This document shows positions 28,367 to 38,129 of a DNA stretch of 64,000 nt, one piece after another (positions within the stretch are counted from its first letter, which is position 1; each line of letters starts with the position of its first letter). The notes beneath the pieces were generated by a model that searched no databases, was not told where the DNA came from, and worked only from the letters and a program-made list of their open reading frames with translations. A program made the position numbers and the translations under genes. This stretch comes from Planctomycetota bacterium (GTDB lineage Bacteria; Planctomycetota; GCA-002687715; CAIWVZ01), in the NCBI GenBank assembly GCA_044222185.1, contig JBGANV010000007.1:160001-224000 (forward strand), given 5' to 3'.

Positions 28367-29088
28367 TCAGGGTCTCAGGGTCGCCCGATAGAGATTCGTG
28401 GTACTTCCCACAGCCGGGTTCGACGTGGACACCGTGAGTGTCTGGATCCCTGCGGCGAATCCGAGGAGCCCCGGGTTCTGCGGGATCGTGATGGGGAGCG
28501 CCGTGCCGGTTGGCAGCGTCGCCACGCGATGGGCGAGAGCCCGACGAGCGCCACGCCGAAGTTCCCGATCGGGATCGAGCCGTCGAGGGCGCCGATCACG
28601 TAGACGGACATCCCCGGCACACCGTTGATGACGTCGAACGTCAGCGTCGCGCCGAGACGCGGTGCGCCCGTCACGCTCATGAACCAGATCGGCCGCTCGA
28701 ACGCACCCATCTCGGCGGAAGCGGTTCCGCTCAACGTGGAATCGATGATGCGAGGCTACTCGTCCCAATCCTTCGCGACGAGCGTCGCGAGCGACGCATC
28801 CGCTGTCCCGATGCACGGCGACGTCGCCGCGAGGTGAAGGTGACCCAGCGACGCCGCAATGACCTGTGGATCGACGTCGATGTTTCCGCGGAAGCCCGGA
28901 TACGCGCCATCGGAGTTGAAGACGCGGATGCCAGGAACGGCACCCAGGTTGGTCACGTTGCCCCACAGGATCGAGTTGCGGATCGAGCCCGACCAGCCCG
29001 TGCCCGACAGCCCGACGTGGCACCCCGTGACGGTCGCGTGAACGATGTCGAAGCTGCCACTGGTGAGCCGGATGCCGTCCCTGGCGCA
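28367..29088 (-). pseudogene. Decayed 3' fragment of a paralog/allele of the beta-helix gene at 32079-35762
   Basis: Colinear with 32079 to about 32800; in-frame TAG at 28756-28758 where the intact gene has CAG; 1-bp deletion near 28525; 5' end cut by repeat copy 3. Confidence 0.92.
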
Positions 29089-29228
29089 CGCTCCTCCGCC
29101 GCTGGCGCGTCCGTCATCCGGTGACGCCCGGATCCACGTGCGATGCCTCGACGTTGAACCGGACGAGGTCCGGCACCTGGATGGCGCCCGGGAAGATCGC
29201 CGACCTCACCGCCTGCGCCACGTGGGAT
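29089..29228 (+). repeat. Direct repeat copy 3 (140 bp, identical to 20182-20321)
   Basis: Base-by-base comparison shows no mismatch. Confidence 0.97.
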
Positions 29229-31755
29229 CCTGCGCGTGAACGAAGATGCCCGCGATTCCCGGCACGTAGGGAACCGGGAACGTGATCGTGCTCGCTCCCG
29301 GGTTTGCCGATCCGCTCGCACCGAGCACGCCCGAGCCGGCGAGCGCCGCGGTCGTCGGATCGATGAACACGGTGCCGAACGGTGGGGCCTGGATCTGGGC
29401 CGCCCCGAGGGAGAAGTAGAGGTTCCACTGGTCGCCCGGCGCGCCGAGCACGTCGAGTTTGAGTGACCCTCCCGGCCTGGGGAACGTGTTGACCGCCAGC
29501 TGCCGCGTGCAGTTCGTGATGAACATCGGGCCTGGCGAGATGATGTCGATGTCCTGGTCTCGATCGAAGTCGGCGAAGGCCGAGTATTCGGTCCAGCCGA
29601 TGCTGTAAGGCGACGCCGACATGGGAGCACCGGCCGTGAAGGTGCCGGCCCCGTTGTTGATGAAGATCGTCGCGCCGTCGAGGATCAGATCCAGGTCGCC
29701 GTCGTTGTCGAGGTCGCAGAGCTGCGGGGTCTGGCCCTGGTAGAGCTGGCCGATCGGCAAGGGCGGGCCGGGCGTGAATTGGCCCGCTCCGTTCCCGAAA
29801 TACACGACGGCATCGACGATCACGTCTGCGAGCCCGTCGCCGTTCAAGTCACCTGCGACGGCCGTGTAGCCCGTGATCGGCGTCGCCACCGCATTGAACG
29901 TCGCCGGACCCGTCCGGAGGTACACGTAGCTCTGCGCCGGGAAGTTGACCGGAGCGACGGCGAGAAACGAGTTGAGCTGCCAGATGTCCATGAGGCCGTC
30001 GCCGTTCACGTCGGTGATACACAGCGCTGTGGTGTTCCCTGGGGGGCCGAGCCGTTGTGGGACGCCGAAACCAGCCGAGCCGTTGTTCAGCATGATCTCC
30101 GTCGAGAACGAGCGCAGATTCGGAAACGCGATTGGCGACGCGATGATGTCCACGTCTCCATCCCCATCGACGTCGGTGGTCGCGACCAACGCACGACCCA
30201 GCGCCGCGGGGTTGATGACGGTGGAGGTGAAGGACGTTCCATTGTTGATCATGAGCACGTCTGGCCCCGTGAGCCATGGGAACGTCGGCTGGTAGGGAAC
30301 GAGTACGTCCGAGTCTCCGTCGCCGTCTGCGTCGAAGACGCCGACGCTGATGAAGCTCATCTGAATTGGCTGGGGAAGGGCGATACTCGGACCGGGAGTG
30401 AAGTAGCCGTCACCGTCGTTGCGACCGGTGACGAGTAGCTGGGGCGCGATGAAACGGAGTCCGAACAAATCCGGAATTCCGTCTTGATCGACGTTTCCGA
30501 CGAACACGTTCGTCAAGTCTCCCAGCCCACCGAGCGGCTGCGGGAACGGTGCTATCTGGCCCGTTCCGGAATTGAACAGCACCGCGGGGGTGTAGTCGGG
30601 CGCAAGGGCACATACGACGTCCTTGTCGCCGTCACCGTCGACGTCGGACTTGAACGCCCGCGGTGCCCCGCTCAGGAGGCTCGCGCTGAGGAAGCCCGTG
30701 AGCACTTGGGCTACGGCTGCGAAATTCCCGTTGGGCAGCATCGGATGCACTTCGATGCTCGGAGTGACGTAGCGGTCGCCGAAGACGAGGATGTCATCTC
30801 GCTGGTCCGAGTTGACATCGAGAGCGACGATGTGTTCCGCAGGGCCCAGCTCGATCGATGGGCCATACACAGGGCTGGTCAACGGCCCGTAGATCAACGT
30901 GGCCGGGCCTCCCGCCTGGGACCAGGAATTCACGCGCTCCGCGATGATGAGGTCGGGAAACACGTCGTTATTGAAATTGCCCAGGGTCGCGGACCAGATG
31001 GGCGCAGCCCCTGTCCCAGGGATGGGAGTCAGCGAGAACGAACCCGCCGTGTTGATCGCGATCACTGCCGCAGTGCCGCCTTGGACGTCGCGGGGCGAGA
31101 ATAGGATGTCGAGGTCGCCGTCGTTGTCGAGATCGCTGAGCGCGATCCGGCCCGTGGGGAGTCCCGTTTGCGGCAGCCCGGTCGGGCTCGCGACGAACGT
31201 CGTTGGCCCGACGTTCAGCCAGACGGCGCCTCGCCCCGGCACCGGGCCGACGGCTGGGAGGTATTGCTCCGTCGTCATCACCAGGTCTGGGCGGCCGTCA
31301 CCGTTGACGTCGCCGGCGGCCAACGTCACTGCCCCGGCTCCGAAGCTGGGGTAGAGCGCCGGCAACGGCGGGGTGGTCGCCGATGTCGTGTCGTAGGCGA
31401 ACCCGGGCGACGCATACGCGACGACGACTCCGTTGCCGAGTTGCGGAATCGCGGCGAGATCCATGAGCCCGTCGCCGTTGAAGTCGGCAGCAACCACCGA
31501 TTTGGGTCGTAGGAACGGTGGCGCGATGCAGGGACGCCTGAAATGCCCCGTGCCGTCTCCGAGGAGGATCTCCGTTTCCGTCACGAGGTCGATCGTTCCG
31601 TTGCCGTCGAGGTCCGCCGCGCAATAGACCCCCTCCGCGATGGCCGGCATCGGCCGCTCCACGATGCGGTAGATCGGCGCCTGTCCCATGCCCATCGCCG
31701 TCGCCAGCGATCCCACCCCCCACACGATCCCTGCGAACCAGTTTCGAGTCGCCAT
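29206..31755 (-). CDS. Secreted FG-GAP/VCBS repeat protein with C-terminus clipped by repeat copy 3
   Basis: Many D.[DN]GDG..D repeats; SD GGAGGG before ATG 31755; last residues DPTWRRR come from the antisense of the repeat. Confidence 0.88.
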   Translation of the reverse strand: MATRNWFAGIVWGVGSLATAMGMGQAPIYRIVERPMPAIAEGVYCAADLDGNGTIDLVTETEILLGDGTGHFRRPCIAPPFLRPKSVVAADFNGDGLMDLAAIPQLGNGVVVAYASPGFAYDTTSATTPPLPALYPSFGAGAVTLAAGDVNGDGRPDLVMTTEQYLPAVGPVPGRGAVWLNVGPTTFVASPTGLPQTGLPTGRIALSDLDNDGDLDILFSPRDVQGGTAAVIAINTAGSFSLTPIPGTGAAPIWSATLGNFNNDVFPDLIIAERVNSWSQAGGPATLIYGPLTSPVYGPSIELGPAEHIVALDVNSDQRDDILVFGDRYVTPSIEVHPMLPNGNFAAVAQVLTGFLSASLLSGAPRAFKSDVDGDGDKDVVCALAPDYTPAVLFNSGTGQIAPFPQPLGGLGDLTNVFVGNVDQDGIPDLFGLRFIAPQLLVTGRNDGDGYFTPGPSIALPQPIQMSFISVGVFDADGDGDSDVLVPYQPTFPWLTGPDVLMINNGTSFTSTVINPAALGRALVATTDVDGDGDVDIIASPIAFPNLRSFSTEIMLNNGSAGFGVPQRLGPPGNTTALCITDVNGDGLMDIWQLNSFLAVAPVNFPAQSYVYLRTGPATFNAVATPITGYTAVAGDLNGDGLADVIVDAVVYFGNGAGQFTPGPPLPIGQLYQGQTPQLCDLDNDGDLDLILDGATIFINNGAGTFTAGAPMSASPYSIGWTEYSAFADFDRDQDIDIISPGPMFITNCTRQLAVNTFPRPGGSLKLDVLGAPGDQWNLYFSLGAAQIQAPPFGTVFIDPTTAALAGSGVLGASGSANPGASTITFPVPYVPGIAGIFVHAQDPTWRRR

Positions 31756-32001
31756 GTGCCCTCCGTCGTTCTCGTCGCGAAACCCTCCGAGCGATCGAGC
31801 CTTCATCGAATCGAGGAATGCCAGCGCGGTGCCCGCGCGTGCGCTCGCATCCCATCGGGCCGCAGCTCCGAGTTGAAGGCGCCCGCGAGGCAGGCGTCGT
31901 TCGTCGTGAGTACGCGTGAGGACTGCGCGACGTTCAGGCCGAATTGCCGAGCAAATTCGCACTCTCGATCGTGCGACTCTGCGCGCGCTGCTCGCGATGT
32001 T

Positions 32002-32044
32002 CGTGGCGGTCTCACGAGAGTCGCGGGCTCATGAGACTGCCACG
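32002..32044. terminator. Long hairpin just downstream of the beta-helix gene
   Basis: CGTGGCGGTCTCA pairs with TGAGACTGCCACG (one mismatch, G-U on the plus strand), with inner GAG/CTC stem; no U-tract. Confidence 0.5.
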
Positions 32045-32078
32045 CGACTCCCCCGAAGTGGCGTCGTTCGAGGCGGCC

Positions 32079-35000
32079 TCAAGGCCGGATGATCGCCCGA
32101 TAGAGATTCGTGGTGCTGCCGAGAGTCGGGTTCGATGCAGTGACCGTCAGCGTCTGGATTCCTGCTGCGAACCCGAGCAGCGCGGGGTTCTGTGGAATCG
32201 TGATCGCGAGCGGTGTCCCAGTCGGCAGCACCGCGAGCGCGATGGGAGAGAGTCCGACGAGCGCCATGCCGAACGTCGAGATCGGAAACTCTCCGTCGAG
32301 CGCACCGAGCACGTACACGGACGTGCCAGGAACACCGTTGATGACGTTGAACGTCAGCGTTGCGCCCGGGCGCGGCGCTCCCGTGACGGTCATGAACCAG
32401 ATGGGACGCTCGAACGCGCCCATCTCCGGCGAAGCAGTCCCACCGAGAGTCGAGTCGATCATGCGCGACTGTTCGTCCCAGTCCTTTGCGACGACCGACG
32501 CGACGGCGAAGTCCGCGGTGCCGATGCACGGCGACGTGGCGTCGAGGTGCAGATTGCCGAGCGATGCCGCGAGGAACTGCGGGTCCGAGTCGATGTTCCC
32601 GTTGACGCCAGGATAGGCGCCATCGGAATGGAACACTCGATTGCCCGGAACGCTGTCGAGATTCGTGACGTTGCCCCAGACGATCGAGTTTCGAACGGAG
32701 CCCGACCAACCGTTGCCCGCCAGGCCGACGTGGCACCCCGTGACGGTCGCGTGCGCGACGTCGAAGGTCCCGGCAGAGAGCCGGATGCCGTGGCTCGCGC
32801 AGGCCCGCGCGACCCAGTTCACCCCGGCGCCGGCCAATGCCGTGGCGCCGATGCCTCCAGCGAACGAGCGCTCCACGCGGACCGCTCGGGCGGAGACCTG
32901 TGGCGATTGGATCGAAAGCCCGTCCACGAGGCCGCCGCCGCAGTTTCGGACGATGACGTTCTCGATCGACGAAGCCGCCGCGCCGGCGTGGTAGACGATT
33001 CCGCTCCATTGACCGGCGATGCCGGTCGTCGGCCCACCACCTTCGGAGTCGCCCCCGAACGTGTCGTCGTCGTGCGACGTGAACACGACGGGCTCGTATC
33101 CCGTCCCGCGGATGTCGAGGGAGCCGTCGACGGTCACGCTCTGCGACCAGTCCCTGAACTTGATCACCGTGCCGGGGAGGATGTCGACGCTTCGCCCCGC
33201 CGGCACGACGAACGACGTGAAGAACGTGATCGCCATCCCGGCCTGGGGGCCGATGACGAGGTCCGTCGACGCCGTCCCCGCGACCACGCGAATCGTGTCT
33301 GAGTGATTCCCCGAGGCGTAGGTGTTTGCGATGCCTGGCAGGGCGTCGACGGGCACTTCGTCGACTGCGTATCCGCCGTTGTCGGTGATGTGGCACTCGA
33401 CGACCTGGGGCCGCGAGTTCGGGTTCGTGAACTTCAGTCCCGCGGAGTAGCCGTCGCGAAAGGTGCTCGCATACAACGTCGGGTTGCTTCCGTCGAAGGC
33501 GACGCACGGCTCGAGGCCGTAGCCGGTGAAACGCACCGTCGTCTCCGTGATCAGGCTCGCGGATGCGCCGGCTCCGAGGACGAGACCGCGCCAGTCGCCG
33601 GATTGCCCGACCGTGGGGCCATTGCCGTTCGTATCGCCGCCGACGGAGTCGTCCCGGTACGACGTGAAGCACACCGGGGCGGCACCAGTCCCCTGAGACA
33701 TCAGCGTCCCTGAGACCTGAACGCTCGAGGCGCTCCCGAGCTTGACGACCGTTCCCGCGTGGAGTGTGAGGGTCTTGCCGGTTGGAACCGTGAGCGTGCC
33801 GTTCACGAGGATCGCACCACTGATCCCGTTGGCGGGATCGAGCGTGAGGGCCGTCGCCGCGACGGTGCCGTTCGTGACGCGGACGGCGTTGAAGCCGCAA
33901 CCGGACGCAATGTTGCCGTTCAGCGACGCACAGGCATCGATGCTCGCGTTGTTGATCGCCGTGCCCCCGCAACCCACGATCTGGCACCCGGTGATCGTCG
34001 CGCCGCTCGTCGGAGACAGGCCGGTGGCGTTGAGGTTGATCCCGTCATAGGCGGCGCTGACGACTCGGCACCCATCGAGCGTGATGTTCGCCGCTTGGAG
34101 ATCGAGCGCCGCGAGGCCGGTTCCGCCCGCGAATCGGATCTCGAGTCCGTGGACGACGCTCGCCGCGGAAGTCGGCAGGAAGGTGACGCCGCTCCAACGA
34201 CCTTGCGCACCGGTCGACGGCCCGTTGTTGTTGGTGTCCCCAAAGGCCGAGTCGTCCTGGATGCTCGTGAGAATCGCAGGCGATCCGCTCGAGCCGTTGA
34301 CCAGCAGCGTCCCGAAGCACTGGAACGCGCTTCCCGGTTGGAACTTGATGCACGTTCCCGCAGCGAGCGTGAGCGCCACGCCCGCGGGAATGGCGAGGTT
34401 CGTCGCGGCGACGAGCGCGCCGTTGAGGCAGTTCGCCGGTGTGATCACCCTGCTGGCGGGCAGCGTGTTCGTCGTGATCCGGACGTAGTTGCCCGTGTTC
34501 CCCGTGGCCGTGTTGTTCGAGAGCCCGCTTACGGCACCGAGCGCCACGCCATGGATGGCCGTCCCACCGCAACTCGTGATCGTGCACCCCGTGATGGTCG
34601 GGAAGCTCGTCCCCGAGAGGTCGATGCCGTTGCTGTACGAGGATTCGACGCGGCAGGAGGAGAGTGTGGGATTGCAGCCGGAGAGCGAGATCCCCGCCGT
34701 GAGCGAACCTCCCGAGTATCGGACGACGAGCCCGGTGAGACTGCTCGCCGACGCGTTGGTGCTCAGGTTGACGCCCACCCATTGACCCGGTGTCCCGCTC
34801 GACGGGCCGTTGTTGTTCGTGTCTCCGGCGACGGCGTCGTCGGTGAGCGACGTGAATACGACCGGGGCTGCGGTCGTTCCGTTGGTGACGAGTGCGCCAT
34901 CGACGTTGACGGCAGAGCTGGGTGCCATCTTCAGGATCGTGCCGGCTTGCAACGTGAGGGAACGGGCCGCGGGGACCGTCATGGTGCCAGCGACGACGAG

Positions 35001-35762
35001 CGCGCCGCCCATGCAGTTCGCCGGTGCGATGATGCGGTTCGCCGCGAGGGTCCCGCTCACGACCTGGATCGCGTTGAATCCGTTGCCCGTCGCCGTGTTG
35101 CCGCTGAACGTCGGGATCTGGTCGAGTGCCGCGCCCGTCACGGCCCAGTTCCCGTTGTTGGTGAACGCGCTGTTCGCGACCGTGACGGCGGAGCCGCCGC
35201 CATTCAGATGAAGTCCGACGTGGAGCGCATTCGCGATCGACACGTTCGAGAGCGTGACGGTCGCGCCATTGACGCTGAAGGCCGGGGCGAACCCGCCGCC
35301 GGCGAATCGGACGGAGGCCTGGGTCATCGAGACGGTCGCGGAGACGGCGGCGTTGATTCCGGCCCATTGCCCCGGCGCGCCGTTCGACGGGCCGTTGTTG
35401 TTCGTGTCACCGCCGACCGAATCGTCGCTCGACGACGTGAATCGGACCGGAGCTGCCCCGGTGCCCGTGACGTTCAGCGTTCCGCCAACCGTCAGCCCAG
35501 CGCCTGCGCTGAATTTGATCGCGGCGCCTGCCGGGATCGTGAGCGTCTGCCCCGCGGGCACGATCACGGACCCCGTCGCGACGTAGACGGTGTTCGCGAG
35601 AAGCGGGCCGCCGCTCCCGTCGAAGATGTTCCCAGAGATCGGCGTGAAGGCCTGCGCGTGAGCTCGCGTCGCGAGCAGCGTCATCGCACTCGCGATGAAT
35701 GCGAGCGAGACGATGGCGGACCGGTAGCGGACGACATCGGACGTCGAGTGTTGGGTCGACAA
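32079..35762 (-). CDS. Large secreted right-handed parallel beta-helix repeat protein
   Basis: Signal peptide ending AHA-Q; five P..[FL]TS..DD...GD....GP...G.W.G repeats; HL.ATSPCI near C-terminus; TTG start after GAGGG preferred to GTG 35837. Confidence 0.85.
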   Translation of the reverse strand: MSTQHSTSDVVRYRSAIVSLAFIASAMTLLATRAHAQAFTPISGNIFDGSGGPLLANTVYVATGSVIVPAGQTLTIPAGAAIKFSAGAGLTVGGTLNVTGTGAAPVRFTSSSDDSVGGDTNNNGPSNGAPGQWAGINAAVSATVSMTQASVRFAGGGFAPAFSVNGATVTLSNVSIANALHVGLHLNGGGSAVTVANSAFTNNGNWAVTGAALDQIPTFSGNTATGNGFNAIQVVSGTLAANRIIAPANCMGGALVVAGTMTVPAARSLTLQAGTILKMAPSSAVNVDGALVTNGTTAAPVVFTSLTDDAVAGDTNNNGPSSGTPGQWVGVNLSTNASASSLTGLVVRYSGGSLTAGISLSGCNPTLSSCRVESSYSNGIDLSGTSFPTITGCTITSCGGTAIHGVALGAVSGLSNNTATGNTGNYVRITTNTLPASRVITPANCLNGALVAATNLAIPAGVALTLAAGTCIKFQPGSAFQCFGTLLVNGSSGSPAILTSIQDDSAFGDTNNNGPSTGAQGRWSGVTFLPTSAASVVHGLEIRFAGGTGLAALDLQAANITLDGCRVVSAAYDGINLNATGLSPTSGATITGCQIVGCGGTAINNASIDACASLNGNIASGCGFNAVRVTNGTVAATALTLDPANGISGAILVNGTLTVPTGKTLTLHAGTVVKLGSASSVQVSGTLMSQGTGAAPVCFTSYRDDSVGGDTNGNGPTVGQSGDWRGLVLGAGASASLITETTVRFTGYGLEPCVAFDGSNPTLYASTFRDGYSAGLKFTNPNSRPQVVECHITDNGGYAVDEVPVDALPGIANTYASGNHSDTIRVVAGTASTDLVIGPQAGMAITFFTSFVVPAGRSVDILPGTVIKFRDWSQSVTVDGSLDIRGTGYEPVVFTSHDDDTFGGDSEGGGPTTGIAGQWSGIVYHAGAAASSIENVIVRNCGGGLVDGLSIQSPQVSARAVRVERSFAGGIGATALAGAGVNWVARACASHGIRLSAGTFDVAHATVTGCHVGLAGNGWSGSVRNSIVWGNVTNLDSVPGNRVFHSDGAYPGVNGNIDSDPQFLAASLGNLHLDATSPCIGTADFAVASVVAKDWDEQSRMIDSTLGGTASPEMGAFERPIWFMTVTGAPRPGATLTFNVINGVPGTSVYVLGALDGEFPISTFGMALVGLSPIALAVLPTGTPLAITIPQNPALLGFAAGIQTLTVTASNPTLGSTTNLYRAIIRP

Positions 35763-35943
35763 GGTGTTTCCCTCGGTGAAAGTGGGGCGAGCGTCCATAT
35801 CGGGGTGGAAGCGTCGCCCGCCGAGGGGAAGTGACACGGGTCATCCGCCAGCACGCGGATTCTGCGCGACTACACCAAGTCTCGGTTGCGGCGAGAGTTG
35901 CAGCAGCGCGCCGAGCCAGGCCAAGCCCGCGCGAACCCCCACA

Positions 35944-37047
35944 TCACATCTTCAGGTGCGCCCGCCACCGCGCCAGGTCGCTGCCGAAGTCCTGGTGGGT
36001 GATCCGGCGCAGCGCGCCCCAGTACACGTGGCGCTCGATGTTGATCGCGACGACGGCGACGTCGAGGATCGTGCCGTCTTGAACGACGTCCACGATCGGA
36101 TCGGCGATCACGGCGCCCTGGGCGACCTGGACGTCGAAGTCCTTCACGTACGCGGTCTGGGTGGTCACGGCGATGTTGTTGCGCGGCGCCACGGGCGGAT
36201 CGCCGGCGAGTGCTCGCAGGAGCGGCGCAGCGCCTTCGGGCATCTCGAGCTCGCCGAGTGCCTCAGCTGCCGTCATGCGGAGCGCCTGCTGGCCGTTGGC
36301 GAGGTTGATGGCATAGAGCCGGGCGAACACCGGGTCGTTCGTGACCTTCAACGCCCGAACACATTCGCGGCGCACGACCGCGCTCTGATCGAGGAGCCCG
36401 CGGCGGAACAGCGGCTTGATGCGCTCGGGCTCGTCGCGGCGGATCGACAGCACGCGCGCGGCGCACCAGCGCGCCGACGACTTCTCGCTCTTCAACGCCT
36501 TGAGCGCCGGGTGGAGGATCTCGCCCGTGAGCAGCGGCCTGGCTTTCTCCTCGACCATGACGGCGCCGACCCAATCCGCCGCGCCACGCTCGAACCAGTC
36601 CTTCACTGCCCGATTGACGTTGGGCGACGATCCCAGCTCGGCCGGAGTCACGGCGAACTGGTGTGCCAGGGCTCTGGCCAGCGTCAGTGCATCGGCGTTG
36701 TCAGGGTCGATCTCGAGCACCCGGTTGAGGTGGCGGCGCGCCGCGCTCCACACTCCGCGACCGGCCGCGAGCCGGGCAACGGCCAGGTGTCCCGCCGCAT
36801 TGTCCTTGTGCAGGCCGTCCTCGGCCTCACCGATGAGCTCGAGCTCGGCGCGAAGGTTGCCCGGCTCGACGAAGGTTGCGGTCGGGATGGCCATGCTTCC
36901 CATGGCCGTCGTCAGCCGCTTCTGACCTTCGCTGACCTCGATCGAGCCTTCGTGAGATTGACCGGATCCCAGGCGCAGGTACGCCTGGGCGCCCGCGGCC
37001 GACGACAACGTGACGATCGAGACGGTGAGGAGGATGGACGCGCGCAT
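35944..37047 (-). CDS. Secreted HEAT/PBS-repeat protein
   Basis: Signal peptide; TPR-like segment; VRRECVRAL, RMTAAEALG repeats. Confidence 0.75.
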   Translation of the reverse strand: MRASILLTVSIVTLSSAAGAQAYLRLGSGQSHEGSIEVSEGQKRLTTAMGSMAIPTATFVEPGNLRAELELIGEAEDGLHKDNAAGHLAVARLAAGRGVWSAARRHLNRVLEIDPDNADALTLARALAHQFAVTPAELGSSPNVNRAVKDWFERGAADWVGAVMVEEKARPLLTGEILHPALKALKSEKSSARWCAARVLSIRRDEPERIKPLFRRGLLDQSAVVRRECVRALKVTNDPVFARLYAINLANGQQALRMTAAEALGELEMPEGAAPLLRALAGDPPVAPRNNIAVTTQTAYVKDFDVQVAQGAVIADPIVDVVQDGTILDVAVVAINIERHVYWGALRRITHQDFGSDLARWRAHLKM

Positions 37048-37112
37048 CGAGGTCTCCGGGGGGGCGACGGGGGTGGTCAGTTCCCCATCGCGTCTGAGGT
37101 AGTGGAGTTCGG

Positions 37113-38060
37113 ATGGTCGGAGAAGCTATCACAGGCCCTGCCACGGAGTCTGCAGTCTCCGGCACACCTGAGATGGGCTCGACAGACAATGACGGCCACG
37201 ACGCGCGCGAGGTAACACCACCGAATTCCGGCGGAGTTCGGCGGCGGGGCGCAGGGCAGCGCGCCGCGCCGGGCCGCTCAGCCGGGAAACCCGACGCCTT
37301 GACGCGGATTCGTGTCGTTCTGGTCCAACCTACGGGTCCCCGCAACGTCGGCTCGACGGCGCGGGCCATGAAGAACTTCGGCCTGAACCGCCTCGTCCTC
37401 GTCGACCCGCCGCCCCTCGACCATCCCGAGTGCCTCGAGATGGGGGTGAACGCGCACGACGTTCTGCGGGATGCCAAGATCGTCGATTCCGTCGAGGAGG
37501 CGGTGCGCGACGTGAGCCTCGTCGTCGGCACCACGGCGCGGCGGCGCCACCGCCTCGCGACGCTCACCCCCGCCGAGATCGCTCCGCGCATCCTCGAGGT
37601 CGCCGAGCGCGAGGAGGTCGCGATCCTCTTCGGCACCGAGCGAACCGGTCTCACCGAGGCGCAGATGGCGGCGTGCCAGGTCGTGATCTCGGCGCGCACG
37701 CACGACGAGCACGTGGCGCTGAACTTGGGACAGGCCGTGCTCCTCGTCGCGCACCACCTCTTCGAGGCGTCCGGGGCGAGCGGCGCCACGGCTGCAGGCG
37801 ACACGGGTCGCCTCCTCACGACGCATACGCGCCACATCCTCGAGGACGAACTCTTTCTCGCGCTGGAGAAGACCGGCGTCGTGAAGGACGAGACGCGCGT
37901 CACGTATCGCGCGAGCCTGCGGCGCATCCTCGCCGCGGGGCCGATCCAGACACGCGACGCCCGAGTGTTGTTCGCGCTGGCGCGCCACGCACAGAAGCTC
38001 GCCGATCCCAAGAACCCCGGCCGCCGGCCTCCACGATCACCGCGTCCGAGGGACACCTGA
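37113..38060 (+). CDS. trmJ: TrmJ/LasT-type SPOUT RNA methyltransferase
   Basis: RVVLV.P..P.NVGS.ARAMKNFG, GTTAR, LFG.ERTGL, LNL.QAV; true start uncertain, possibly downstream. Confidence 0.85.
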   Translation: MVGEAITGPATESAVSGTPEMGSTDNDGHDAREVTPPNSGGVRRRGAGQRAAPGRSAGKPDALTRIRVVLVQPTGPRNVGSTARAMKNFGLNRLVLVDPPPLDHPECLEMGVNAHDVLRDAKIVDSVEEAVRDVSLVVGTTARRRHRLATLTPAEIAPRILEVAEREEVAILFGTERTGLTEAQMAACQVVISARTHDEHVALNLGQAVLLVAHHLFEASGASGATAAGDTGRLLTTHTRHILEDELFLALEKTGVVKDETRVTYRASLRRILAAGPIQTRDARVLFALARHAQKLADPKNPGRRPPRSPRPRDT

Positions 38061-38129
38061 CGGCCTGCGCCACGCCGAAACGTCGGGCGTCCCGCGACGC
38101 ACGCAATAGAATTCCGCGCGAGAACCAAC

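Noticed and set aside
25769-28603. 944-aa plus-strand ORF and similar long antisense ORFs (e.g. 6293-8200, 33759-35834, 59860-61887)
   Set aside because: Shadow frames of well-supported opposite-strand genes in high-GC DNA; Arg/Gly-rich with no motifs
20134-29228. CRISPR array or integron cassette array
   Set aside because: Repeats are 140-189 bp coding fragments kilobases apart; no cas or intI gene and no attC-like RYYYAAC/GTTRRRY pairs seen
20322-29331. Diversity-generating retroelement (TR/VR pair) explaining the duplicated tails
   Set aside because: Mismatches are not adenine-specific on either strand and no reverse transcriptase is present in the window
20134-29331. Shufflon or invertible region
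   Set aside because: All repeat copies are in direct orientation and no invertase is visible
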